The translations under genes were made by a program, and so were the position numbers. Below the pieces are notes generated by a model that saw only the letters and a program-made list of their open reading frames with translations, did no database searches and was not told the DNA's origin. Positions 1-13,199 of a DNA stretch of 58,218 nt are shown here, piece by piece. Source of the stretch: Mizuhopecten yessoensis (lineage: Eukaryota); the NCBI RefSeq assembly GCF_002113885.1, contig NW_018408394.1, forward strand, positions 321,851-380,068, given 5' to 3'. The first letter of the stretch is position 1, and the number at the start of each line of letters is the position of its first letter.

Positions 1-3000
1 CCTTGGTGGTGCCCTGGCGGAAAAGAAGACGGGACCCTACTCTCATGTACTCGAGCTGTTTCAACAACCTAAACTTAACACGGGCCTTCTCATTGGTTTT
101 GATGGATTCCTGGAAACAAAACATGTCATGGTTACCATTAAAAGCCAACAATAGATGTTATCTTTACAACTGAAAAACTTCAATCACATGTTAAAGTTAT
201 CCAAAAATGAACATTTCCTGTTTCATTACTGAACGTGGGGAACAAGACACTAACATTTTATAAAGTAAGACAAGTACAAGGCTTCAAAGGATATGATATT
301 GATAACCATAATTTCCCCCAAAACAACACAAGGCCCCGAGTTGTAATACATTTATTATTAATGTTGCAGTGATGTGACAAAAACAGATAGTACATATAAT
401 CCAAATATGGGTTTTGATGGTGGTTTCCTTGACAAAATGATGTTGGTAATAAAGTCAAGTTTACCCCCTCCCCAAGGAGAAATGGGCGACCAAGGGATAG
501 TGAAATTGACCTCCTTCCTAGGGAGAAATAGGTGACCCAGTAGAAGTGAAATTTACCCCCTCCCCAGGGAAAAATGAGTGACCCAGAGGTAGTAAAATTT
601 GACCCCTCTTCAGGGAGAAATGGGTGACCCAGAGGTAGTGACATTCACACTTTAGATAGCACCTTGGCACTTCCGATCCATTTTGAACCCATTCCTTAGA
701 CCCATGGAGCTTAAGCTTTATAATGACCTTAAGGTGATCAGAATTTCCTCATGATCTATCAGGCGTGCTATAGAAACAGAGGTACCTACCTTTCCTTCAA
801 TCTCTATGATCTTACAGGTCTGGCATACACTTCCGACGTGTATGGTGGCCTCAAACCCGGTCGTGATTTGTTTGGAGTGGTACAGGAGGTATATGTCTGC
901 GTCAAATTCCTCACATGCACTGATGATCATCTCTGGACTCACCAGCACCATACCCTACAAACAATGGTCAATCATTAACAAAGGTTATAATTTTGGGACC
1001 CTTTAACCTATTCTGCTTCACACCTAGCAGGTACCATTATTTCAAAATCAATTACCAGGTAATTCTTTCATAATCATAAATGTCACATATTTAAGGTGAA
1101 ACAGCTACTTTGGAAATGTTTGCTTTGCATATATATTTAAATCAATGACAAATTACAGGAAGTCATATGAAAATTGAACTTAGTCATCACCATTTATTTT
1201 AACCATTTCTACTACATGTACAAGAAATGCCGGTGTTCCCTGGCTGGGTGGATGTGTACCTTGCGTAATTGCTCCCTCTCCACATTAGCTAGGGCTACTG
1301 TGGCTGTCTGCCCAGCTTGAATGAAGCGACATGGCATGCGGTTTCTGTGTACTGTTTTGACGACAGCCTTGCGGAACTCTCCCCCCTCTACAGGCCCCAG
1401 CTGTAGACAGTCTCCCTCTTTGATAGACCCCCTACAAAAACAGGTATTTGATCACAGTTAAGCAGATACCATACTATTTATATTATCCTAAATTCTATGA
1501 AAGCATCCTAAAGCTTGAATTTAAAGTTTGACTTATAATCTATAATATGATACTTTGACTTCTATTCATGGACAGAAGAAAGCTGACAAACTTTAAATAC
1601 AACAGACACCTAGCTTAACTTGCTAAAACATTAGAGCTGATCTGTCTTGGTGACAGATTGTCTTACTAGTAAATGTTTTTGATTCTCTTACCTGTGAATG
1701 GTGCCTCCCACAACACTCCCCACTCCTGGCACCGAAAACAGAGTGTCAATCTGAAAAATACCGATTTACATCCTTCAATCATAAAGGTGGTAAAAACATA
1801 ATTCCACGCTACAACCAAGTGGCTTCCTTTTTCAATTCACTCTTTCCTGCTGCATTACAAACCATTTTTTTTAAAAGGCATTTAACATTTTTTAACAGAA
1901 TTTCTTTGAAAGATTATTTCATATTTTGAGAACACTTCCTATGACAAACAATTTTAATTAGACCTGATGCTGGATTCCTTTCCGGACGCTATAAATACAT
2001 GAACCATAATGTAAAGAACATTACCTGGAATTCTGTAAGGTCTTGAGTTAGTTTTTCTCGTTCCTTGACATTTTTCACAGAGGGAAGAACATTCAAGAAT
2101 GTTGTTAGCAGATCTAAGCTCTTCCCCGTTACACTTGATATGGTGAAAATTGGAGTTATTCTGAAAAACAGTAAAATGCAAAAAACACTTTATTATGCAC
2201 TCCTTTAGAATGTATATAATGTATATTTGATTTTAACAAACCTACTGTTATTCATGTTATGGCAGAAGTGCCAGGTTTATATAGACAAACATTAAACACA
2301 CCCACTCCCATAGTACAACAATGATTGGGGCATTACTTAGTATCATTATATAGACAAACCTTAAACACATTACATCCACTCCTATAGTACAACAATGATT
2401 GGGGCATTACTTAGTATCAAATCTGTTAGGTAATGTAGCAGTTGTGATATTCATCATGTACACATAAAGTAAGTGCGTCGCGTTACCTGTCTGTGTCAAA
2501 GTTGGTGGCTGCAGTGATGGAGTCGTCCTCAGTCTTGATCCGCATTGGAACTCTCTTACATCCTGGGGACTTTAAGATCTTCTCGAGCTGAGATACGGTC
2601 CTCTCCATCAGATACTTACGACACATGTCTATCTTACTGACCACGACAAAGATAGGCACGTTTAGAGCCAGGGCTAACCCCAGGTGTTCCTTAGTGGTCC
2701 CCGCTATAGCCAAAACACACATTGTAGAATAATAACGCATAGAATAATGGAGGAAAGTCATATTTATACAACACATTTATAACAAAATCAACCAGTCTAA
2801 CGAATTGGCTTAATTTTAATGTAGAAAACAAGACTTTAGTCTACTAATTCAATTAAGTTTGAAGAAACCAGTGTTGCTTCAACTTCCAAATAAATAGTAC
2901 ATAGTAATTAAAGTTAGGTAAAGTACAAATAAGACATAATGGTTGTACAGACTGCTACAATAATCCAACAGCATTCCCTCTTTTTTTGATGACAACAAGC

Positions 3001-6000
3001 ACACCCCAAACAATATATGGACACATACATCAATTTTCAATGTCAGCAAAGACATTTCACAATTCCGTTTGACCTGCCTGGATATTGAGTGATTGGTCAA
3101 TGGTCACAGACACAATGACACTTACCCATTCCTGTGTTAGCACTGACCACCAGCATGGCAAAGTCTGGGGCATGACCAGTCAGTCCAAATATAGTTGTCT
3201 TCAGATACTTGTGATGTCCAGCAAGGTCAATAAGAGTGATCAGCTTGGAAGAATTCTCACAAATTTCCTCTACAGTTCGAGATCCACTGTAGTTTACAAT
3301 CTGTAAGATGAAACAGCTACAATGAACTGGTGTAATACCTCTATTACATACATATAAATACAGGTATACAGTTAAAATCTAAATGTTTACAACCAGGTAA
3401 AACTGCTGAAAAATCACTGGTTACCCTATACACAACACTTAATAGGCCAGAACGTTAAGCATAAATTTTGCTCTTAGAGTAGACTTACCTCCCCTTTGCT
3501 ATTAAACCCGAGGATTTCATGGCTGATACTGGAGGTTCGCCCTGACTGAATTTCGTGTAGGTGCTGGAAAAGATTTAGTCTGGCACGACCCCTTCCATTG
3601 TCTAGCTCGCCCTGAGTAAGCACACCCAGCAGTGTACTCTTCCCAGCGTCTACATTCCCCAGTACTGCCAGTCGCAGATCAATGAACTGCAAGGCAAAGT
3701 AATTTAGTAATATAAAAATAAAAAACAAGCAAACTGTTAGAATAAACACAATTCACAGGTAAAACTCATCTTAAACCTCATATTGGTTTTAGCTTTTCAG
3801 AAAATCAACAACGTACTGTAAAATATTGTAATATACAAGGATTCAGAAAGTCAATAATAGTGGATAACACTCTGCAACTATACCAATCACAATGATACAA
3901 CACTTCCGATTTCTGAACTTTTCACATTGTAGGAATACATATAATATAGCTGCAGCTTCTAAATTATTATACAGGTTGAGAAATATATGATTTGTGCTAC
4001 CTGTTGGTCGTCTGGAACTTTTCTAACAAGGATTTCTAATGCCCGTTTGCGACATCCTGCACCTTCATCACTGTCTACCTGTCTCTCCCTCAGCACCGAG
4101 GTGGTGGCTCCTAACCTGTACATAGAGAGCAGGTAAATATCACAACACTGGTATGTTACATTACCAAGGTGATGGTCCTGAAAATGTACACAGAACAGGT
4201 AAATATTACAACACTGGTATGTTACATTACCAAGGTGATGGTCCTGAAAATGTACACGGAACAGGTAAATATCAAAATAGTGTTCGATTACACAACATCT
4301 AATTATATAAACTGTGGCCCTTAAAACTCAAGCATGTATAAAATGTTACATATACATTAAATGGTTATAACAAAAGGAAATGTTTGGACATATGTTAAGT
4401 CCAATCCACTTTCACAACAATGACAACTACTTTTCACTCAAATAGCATTTCTCCATGACTAGTTTTATTTGTGGGATTGTATTCTATAAGTTTCACAACT
4501 TCAAGTTATTTTTATATCATGTATATGAAAAGTATCAAATGAGGTCATTTAGAATCCTATATCTGCCACATGATGGCACTTTTGGCAGCGTTATTTTACC
4601 TTTCTGCCATTTTGTTGAGTGTCCTTACTGAAGCCTCAAGCTCCACATCTGTAAGTCCAACCAACATCCCATTGTCCTCCACACCTATTTCGTAGATAGC
4701 TTCCCCGTGTCCCTCCTCTAGTCTCCATTTCATCTGGGTTACCAGGTGTTCTAACCGAAAGTCTGATGGGTTGACTAGTTTTAGCTGTGAAATTATGACC
4801 CAATAAAATCTAGCTTACATCAATCACAAACTAGGAAATGAAAGTTACTGCAATTGGATTACCATTTTTCATCATTAAACTGACTTTTGTTTTTCAACCA
4901 TTACCCATTCAACTTTGCAATGCTCATATTATGTTAATTAAGAACTCGAAACAATGAGCCATTCAGATATTGGAATAGCTTTAAAAGCCTTTTAAGCAAA
5001 ATCCATGTTGGGAAAAAATTAAAACTGTATTTATAAAGGTTCCTATTAGCTTCCTGATGTTCAGCAGTACCAGAAGGGTTGATGGATGTGGGGTGTGTCA
5101 GTGGTTTTATTCTCATAAGTTTATCAACTTCCCACATGCTCATCATAAATGAAAATTTATATAACTATAACCAGTTTAATGTATCATGTTTAAATCAGTA
5201 AGTTTAACTACATCCGATGAACTGATATACCAGTAAGTTAATCTGTTATGTTCATATATAACATACTATTACTACATACACACTATGAGATAGGTAGGTC
5301 TGAGCATGTAAACACATACATATATATTAAATATACCACTCAAGTGAAATAATTCCAATGATACCTAAGCATTTCAGTTTAGGTCAGTTTTTACATTGGT
5401 GAATTGTGTGCATTTCAGTTACCCTAAATAAAATGCTTTACCATTATATATGTATATACCTTAGGTCCTATCTATTGTTTAGATACTACAATGTATATAC
5501 AATAGGTGACCGTATTTAGCATAAAAGATATACTGGTACATGTATACAGGTGTATACCATTTCATTACCAGGGTATACACATTGCAATAAGGTCAACTAA
5601 ATCAAGCATGAATTATTTATATGTAAAACTACACTTTGTTTAAAATGGATTTATTTTGAATGTTAGGTCAATCATAATACAAGAGGCCCAAGAGGGCCTG
5701 TATCGCTCACCTGAATATTTAAGCAGTCATAGCAAAATATTCTCATTAAATATTATATTGCACTAAAAATATTTCCCTCACAAACTTTGTTGGCTCCATC
5801 TGTTGAAACTACCAGCAAAATATTATTATAAGATTCTATGCTTTTTGATTCTTCTTCAGAAGTTGCTTGACATACTTTTCCCTGTGATCTTGTAAGTAGG
5901 TCAATGTCATTTTCCTTCTCAAATTGGTTAGCTCTATTCCAAAAAGCTACCAGCCAAATCTTATGAATCCATTCCTTTTAGTTCTCAAGAACAAATCCAT

Positions 6001-9000
6001 TAAAATGTTGTTGACCTCTGTGACCTCTAAAGTAGGTTGAGGTCATTTTCATTTGCAAACTTTGGTGAGCTCTATCCCGGGAAGTCACCAGCCAAATATT
6101 ATAATTTTATGCCTTTTAATTCTTCAGAAGAAGCTGTTTGAACTGTTTGACATATTTGAACGCTGTGACCTTGAAAGTAGGTCAAGGTCATTTTCATTCG
6201 CAAACTTTGTTTGGCTCTTTCCCAGGAAGCCACCTGCCAAATATTAAGATTTTATAACTACCAGTTCTTCAGAAGAAGTCGTTTAAAGTGTTTGACATAT
6301 CTGCCTCATGTGACCTTAAAAGAAGGTCAAGGTCATTTTCATTCTCAAACTTTGTTCGGCTCTTTCCTAGGAAGCTACAAGCCAAATATAGAGATTATAT
6401 ACCTTTCAGTTCTTCAGAAGAAGTCGTTTGAAGTGTCTGACACATTTGACTCCTGTGACCTTGAAAGAAGGTCAAGGTCATTTTCATTCTCAAACTTTGT
6501 CGGGCTCTATCCAAGGAAGCCATCAATCAAAAATAAAGATTCTATACCTTTCAGTTCTTCAGAAGAAGTCATTTGAAGCTTTTGACATATATGACCCCTG
6601 TGACCTTGAAAGTAGGTCAAACTAGTTTTCATTCTCAAACTTTGTTGGGCTCTATCCCAGGAAGCCACCAGCCAAATATAAAGATTATATACCTTTCAGT
6701 TCTTCAGAAGAAGTCGTTTGAAGTGTTTGACACATTTGACCCCTGTGACCTTGAAAGAAGGTCAAGGTAATTTTCATTCTCAAACTTTGTTGGGCTCCAT
6801 CCAAGGAAGCCATCAGCCAAATATGAAGATTCTATACCTTTTAATTCTTCAGAAGAAGTCGTTTGAAGTTTTTGACATATTTGACCCCTGTGACCTTGAA
6901 AGTAGGTCAAACTAATTTTCATTCTCAAACTTTGTTGGTCTCTATCCCAGGAAGCCACCAGCCAAATATAAAGATTCTATACCTTTCAGTTCTTCAGAAG
7001 AAGTCGTTTGAAGTGTTTGACACATTTGACCCCTGTGACCTTGAAAGTAGGTCAAGGTCATTTTCATTCTCAAACTTTGTTGGGCTCTATCCCAGGAAGC
7101 CATCAGCCAAATATGAAGATTCTATACCTTTTAGTTCTTTAGAAGAAGTCGTTTGAAGTTTTTGACATATTTGACCCCTGTGACCTTGAAAACAGGTCAA
7201 GGTCATTTTCGTTCTCAAACTTTGTAGGGCTCCTACCAACGAAGCTTTCAGCCAAATATCATGACTCTAGGCCTGTCCGTTCTTCAGAAGAAGTTGTTTA
7301 AAGGAAAAGTTGACGGACGAGGAAGGACGGACGGACGACGGACGCCGCGCCACGGCATAAGCTCACTTGGCACTTCGTGCCAGGTGAGCTAATAATGATA
7401 TATATATATGGGGCAAAGAAGTAATTCCAACAGTGTATATATATACATATAAGCTCATGAAAATATAATGTGTTGAAAATAGAATTATGCCTGCTGTGTT
7501 TACCTTAATGTCCTAAGCTGGTATCATATGTAATAGATGTACCATAATTGTTTTTATTATATGCCATACTGAGTGATATATTGTCTCCAATATATTATAT
7601 ATTTTCCAGCATTTTTATTTTCTAATACTTTTCAAGCGCTGATCTATATTCCATCACCTTTCACGTTCTTTATGAACCATGGTTATTTTTGTAGGATATC
7701 CACCAAGTACCATTTTACAGCCATAACACACATACACAGTGTATTAATTGGACAGAAAGAGCAGTAATACCTTATTACTAACAGTGACCTTGATCTTATT
7801 TTTTTCTACATGTAGGAACATGCAAAAGATGTGCATTGATTAGGTTGCCTTACAAGCTGTAGGGAATTTCCCTTTATCTCAGCAGTAGAGCATCGGGCTA
7901 GAGAGCCAAGGGTCGCGGGTTCGAGCCCCAGCGACGGCACTATCTTTATCACTATTCCTCGTCCTATTACAAGCATATTCATCTGCCTAATGGTGTACAT
8001 TTATCGCCATGTGGAATTTCAGTAATTTTTAAAAGACTTCTGGATTTTTATATTTTCTTCAAAATGTTAAGTCTGGGCAGACAGTGTGATGACTACCCTG
8101 TTTACCCTTACTCTAACCTCATCTTCTCTTTATCCAGCCTACAGTGTCTCCATTGAAAACTTTTAATTTCAAAGCCTTGTTTTAATTTTATTCATTTTAA
8201 TTCAATTTATTGATATATGGTATATGGACTTTGAGTGTTGTGAAACACTATACCTATTATCAAAGTAATATATGAACAATATGTGTGTGATATTAGTAAT
8301 TGATGTCTTAATTATGTATTGCATTTTATGTACCATGTATCTGTATGTGTATATGCGGTCATTATATGTTATTTTGTTATATACCCACCGACTCTAAATA
8401 AAATTTATCTTATCTTATCTTAATGTAATATATAGGTGTACAACATAAATAAAAGGTAACACAAAGTTGTTATTTTTTCTTTCTGTTGAGTACTATATAC
8501 TGTAAATCATATACTCACTTTATATTCTATGTTTCCTTCCTCGACCTATTGAAAAGTAAATCAAAATAAAATCATTACAATAGATATTCAAATCACATAC
8601 TGACATACTCCCTTTTATAATCATACAATTAAAAAAAATCAATCATATAGCTCTGTTTGATCAGTTTTTTATAAAATTATATGATCAGATAAGGCTGACT
8701 GATTCCCAATTGTGGCCAACGCATAAGCTTATATTACAAAGACTGCCATGAAAAAATAGGTGACCAAGTCCATCAAATAATCACACTTTATGATTTATTA
8801 GTATAAGAGGGTGCGATATCTAGTGGGTGCGATAATGTATCACATATATTCCAGAACCCGAGCACCTGTGCTTTGAACAAGATGATAATTAAAATCGAAA
8901 CGGCCCAAATCGAAAGAACACGTATACACAATACACATGAAAGAATAAATAAGACTAATTATTAAAAAACAATTCAGTCAGCAAAAAAAAAGGCACCACA

Positions 9001-9368
9001 CTCGTCGTGAACTCAAATAATTGTATTGTTTGGCTTAAATCAGATCTACGTTACGTATAGGCCTACCAGTAAATATTCTGGTTAGGTTTGTTTACAAACA
9101 ATGATGACGCGATATTTTTGGAACAAGTTCAAATTTTGATCAAGAGAAAACAATTAATGTACATGAGTAAGTAGAAATGTAATACTGTGGGACCTTACAT
9201 GTGAAAACGAAAAGAAAAGACTGAAATCGGAGGAAATAAAATGGAACATTGACATTGGAATGACACCGGCTGTCACAAATGTCAAAACAAAACAATTCTT
9301 ACCTCAGGCGGTAGCGAGGCAGGTAGCTCTGTTGAGCTGGTGCCAAACAGGTCGACGAGATCGTCCAT
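1..9368 (-). CDS. GTPBP2: GTP-binding protein 2 (translational GTPase, GTPBP1/2 family); 12 coding exons, C-terminus beyond left window edge
   Basis: Exons (minus): 9303-9368, 8519-8545, 4600-4784, 4001-4115, 3489-3686, 3126-3300, 2487-2703, 2025-2160, 1692-1750, 1260-1431, 790-954, 1-109. All introns are GT-AG with consistent phases. Translation: [13 protein letters not shown]|VEEGNIEYK|[39 protein letters not shown].., P-loop [47 protein letters not shown], ..[10 protein letters not shown]. This matches the recalled GTPBP2 sequence. Confidence 0.96.
470..645. repeat. Degenerate ~45-bp tandem repeat (about 4 copies) in a GTPBP2 intron
   Basis: Recurring TTTACCCCCTCCCCAAGG(A)GAAATGGGTGACCCAG..GTGAAA units. 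Confidence 0.7.
4095..4272. repeat. ~66-bp tandem duplication spanning the GTPBP2 exon-4 acceptor junction
   Basis: ACCGAGGTGGTGGCTCCTAACCTGTACA..CAGGTAAATATCACAACACTGGTATGTTACATT is followed by two diverged copies ACCAAGGTGATGGTCCTGAAAATGTACAC..CAGGTAAATAT. Confidence 0.75.
5679..7392 (-). mobile_element. Non-autonomous Helentron/HINE-type element containing a 145-bp satellite array (GTPBP2 intron 2)
   Basis: Read on minus: TTAGCTCACCTG..GTGAGC subterminal inverted repeat and hairpin, (GTCC)n microsatellite at ~7312-7340, about 9-10 units of 145 bp, second subTIR CAGGTGAGCG and terminal palindrome AGGCCCTCTTGGGCCTCTTGT. Confidence 0.85.
7870..7940 (+). mobile_element. tRNA-derived SINE head (degenerate)
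   Basis: A-box-like TATCTCAGCAGTAGAGC and B-box GGTTCGAGCC at tRNA spacing; no clean acceptor stem. Confidence 0.6.
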
Positions 9369-9479
9369 TTTTACCTATGTATTTCTATCATATATGAATC
9401 GTTGTGTCCAGTTGCATATCAACTTTTTCGTTTGCGTCTCTAGTTGTGCAATAAGAGTCGCGGAAACTTGGCATAAGCC

Positions 9480-9545
9480 TTCTGCAGTCAGCTGTTACCA
9501 CTTTCCGGCGCCATATTGCATCACTTTATGGAAGGGAAGTAACTC
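9480..9545 (-). promoter_or_regulatory. Probable GTPBP2 core promoter region
   Basis: About 110-180 bp upstream of the ATG. ETS-like TTCCGG overlaps YY1-like GCCATATT (~9503-9518). The motif AAGGGAAGTAACTC also occurs at ~27895. Confidence 0.35.
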
Positions 9546-10048
9546 TAATGTTTGTTACATACATCCCTATAAGGAGATGGACCGCGGGAATATGAACTTT
9601 TTCATTTTCCAGTTAAAGATTTAAAAACAGAACAAGTAAATAAAACCGCGACAAATTTATCTTATGGTTTAATTACAGGTACGGAATTAATCTATATTTT
9701 GTATCGAAGTTTGTGGTAGAATATATATAAGCAAGGAAGATAACCAATCTAGCTTGTTTTATACGAAGATAAGATTCACCTTTTTCTCCCTCTCAAGCGA
9801 ACTTTTGGCTATTTTAATATCGCGTTAAATTGACACATCACGTCAGCGATATATATGTGACTATGATGAAAGTGCTGATTAAGATAAAAATAGTGTAATC
9901 AGATGCCAGTGATATCAACATTATCCGAGTCGTTTACTATAAATGCATATAATTATAATCCATAAACTTTATAGACCTACTATACGTGCGTATATATATA
10001 GATGATATAGTGCAGATATACTATTAATATCTATAACGGAACTGAGTT

Positions 10049-10218
10049 CAGTGGCGGATTCAGAGACCTATATGGGGGTTTCCAAATTTCCAGAGGGTGT
10101 CCATGTGGGGAAAAATTGTGGAAAATGGTGAAAATACATGATTTTTAAAGAAAAAAAAATCAGATGTGGGGGGGGGGGGAGGTCCTGAAGCAAAAAAAAC
10201 CCTCTGGATCCGTCACTG
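10049..10218. mobile_element. Short MITE (CAGTGGCGGAT...ATCCGTCACTG termini)
   Basis: Terminal inverted repeats with internal G-run and A-run; same family style as 13524 and 16950. Confidence 0.7.
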
Positions 10219-10336
10219 CAATGCGTATGTAAGAATAGAGTTAATAGTTATTGCAAATTGATTTAAAATTACAATAACATCTCACTTACATCACGGACTT
10301 AGATCTAGGTACACAGATAGAACTGAGTACTAGTAC

Positions 10337-12432
10337 TTACACCCAACGTCCACAGTACACAGGTAGACTTTGTATATATACCCTACGTCCATAGTACACA
10401 GGTAGACTTTGTATATATACCCTACGTACACAGTACACAGTTAGACTATGTATATACACCATACGTACACAGTACACAGGAAGACTTTGTATATACACCC
10501 TACGTCCACAGTGCACAGTTAGACTATGTATATACTCCCTACGTACACAGTACACAGCTAGACTATGTATATACACCCTACGTCCACACTACACAGGTAG
10601 ACTATGTATATACACCCTACGTCCAGTACACAGTAAGAATATGTATATACACCCTACGTCCACAGTACACAGATAGACTATGTATATACACCATACGTCC
10701 ACAGTACACAGGTAGACTATGTATATCCACCATACGTCCACAGTACACAGTTAGACTATGTATATACACCCTACGTCCACAGTACACAGTAAGAATATGT
10801 ATATACACCCTACGTCCACAGTACACAGGTAGACTATGTATATACACCCTACGTCCACAGTACACAGGTAGACTATGTATATACACCCTACGTCCACAGT
10901 ACACAGGTAGACTATGTATATACACCCTACGTCCACAGTACACAGGTAGACTATGTATATACACCCTACGTCCACAGTACACAGGTAGACTATGTATATA
11001 CACCCTACGTCCACAGTACACAGGTAGACTATGTATATACACCCTACGTCCACAGTACACAGGTAGACTATGTATATACACCCTACGTCCACAGTACACA
11101 GGTAGACTATGTATATACACCCTACGTCCACAGTACACAGGTAGACTATGTATATACACCCTACGTCCACAGTACACAGGTAGACTATGTATATACACCC
11201 TACGTCCACAGTACACAGGTAGACTATGTATATACACCCTACGTCCACAGTACACAGGTAGACTATGTATATACACCCTACGTCCACAGTACACAGGTAG
11301 ACTATGTATATACACCCTACGTCCACAGTACACAGGTAGACTATGTATATACACCCTACGTCCACAGTACACAGGTAGACTATGTATATACACCCTACGT
11401 CCACAGTACACAGGTAGACTATGTATATACACCCTACGTCCACAGTACACAGGTAGACTATGTATATACACCCTACGTCCACAGTACACAGGTAGACTAT
11501 GTATATACACCCTACGTCCACAGTACACAGGTAGACTATGTATATACACCCTACGTCCACAGTACACAGGTAGACTATGTATATACACCCTACGTCCACA
11601 GTACACAGGTAGACTATGTATATACACCCTACGTCCACAGTACACAGGTAGACTATGTATATACACCCTACGTCCACAGTACACAGGTAGACTATGTATA
11701 TACACCCTACGTCCACAGTACACAGGTAGACTATGTATATACACCCTACGTCCACAGTACACAGGTAGACTATGTATATACACCCTACGTCCACAGTACA
11801 CAGGTAGACTATGTATATACACCCTACGTCCACAGTACACAGGTAGACTATGTATATATACCCTACGTCCACAGTACACAGTTAGACTATGTATATACAC
11901 CCTACGTACACAGTACACAGGAAGACTTTGTATATACACCCTACGTCCACAGTACACAGCTAGACTATGTATATACACCCTACGTCCACAGTACACAGCT
12001 AGACTATGTATATACACCCTACGTCCACAGTACACAGCTAGACTATGTATATACACCCTACGTCCACAGTACACAGCTAGACTATGTATATACACCCTAC
12101 GTCCACAGTACACAGCTAGACTATGTATATACACCCTACGTCCACAGTACACAGCTAGACTATGTATATACACCCTACGTCCACAGTACACAGCTAGACT
12201 ATGTATATACACCATACGTCAACAGTACACAGCTAGACTATGTATATACACCCTACGTCCACAATACACAGGTAGACTATGTATATACACCCTACGTCCA
12301 CAGTACACAGGTAGACTATGTATACACACCCTACGTCCACAGTACACAGTTAGACTATGTATATACACCCTACGTCCACAGTACACAGTTAGACTATGTA
12401 TATACACCCTACGTCCACAGTACACAGGTAGA
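10337..12432. repeat. 39-bp minisatellite, about 53 copies
   Basis: Unit GTAGACTATGTATATACACCCTACGTCCACAGTACACAG; homogeneous core, variant edges. Confidence 0.97.
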
Positions 12433-12689
12433 TTATATAATTTGTTGATAGCCTTCCCATAGACTATACACAGCCTACATCAACAGTAAACAGGAAAGCT
12501 ATATATGTACATAATGCCATGTATATATACAGCCTACCTCCACTTTACACAGGTATATTATGTATTATATATATACAGGCTATGTCCATGGTACACAGGA
12601 AGACTATGTTCTATGTATATACACCCTATGTCCATACTACACAGGTAGATTATGTATCATGTGTATACTGCCTGTGTCCAATGTACACA

Positions 12690-12835
12690 TGTATATCCTA
12701 TACTACAAATGTATATCATATACTACAAATGTACATCCTATACTACAAGTGTACATCCTATACTACAAATGTATATCCTATACTACAAATGTATATCATG
12801 TACTACAAATGTATATCCTATACTAAAAATGTATA
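12690..12835. repeat. 20-bp tandem repeat, about 7 copies
   Basis: Unit GTATATCCTATACTACAAAT. Confidence 0.85.
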
Positions 12836-13199
12836 TATATATACAGCCTGTGTCCACTGTAATGATGTTTTTTGATAGGTTAACCTTCCCAAACCCCAAC
12901 CCCTACCCCCTACCCCACCCCATCCTCGTTGTATCCTCATTATATGTATAGTAACTAGGGGTATTCACGACATATAAGCTAATGTACAGTGTGAAATATG
13001 TCTCAGCCTAGGACATTAGGACAATAGTGTCCATTTGTATTCGGTATATGAGTTATCCTCCGTATTACCTCCGACTTTTAAGATTTATACTGTCAGAAAA
13101 ATACAAAGATTATTGAAGATAGATTGCATCAGGGTCACAAGCGATGTTGTAACACAAGCGGCGCTGTCAGGATTGACGTCGCAATAGTGTCACACATCC

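Noticed and set aside
7870-7940. Functional tRNA gene
   Set aside because: A and B boxes are present, but the acceptor stem pairs poorly and the A box is mutated; better explained as a SINE head.
10617-12215. 532-aa and 373-aa repetitive ORFs
   Set aside because: They are translations of a 39-bp (3n) minisatellite in two overlapping frames, with no unique coding flanks or gene context.
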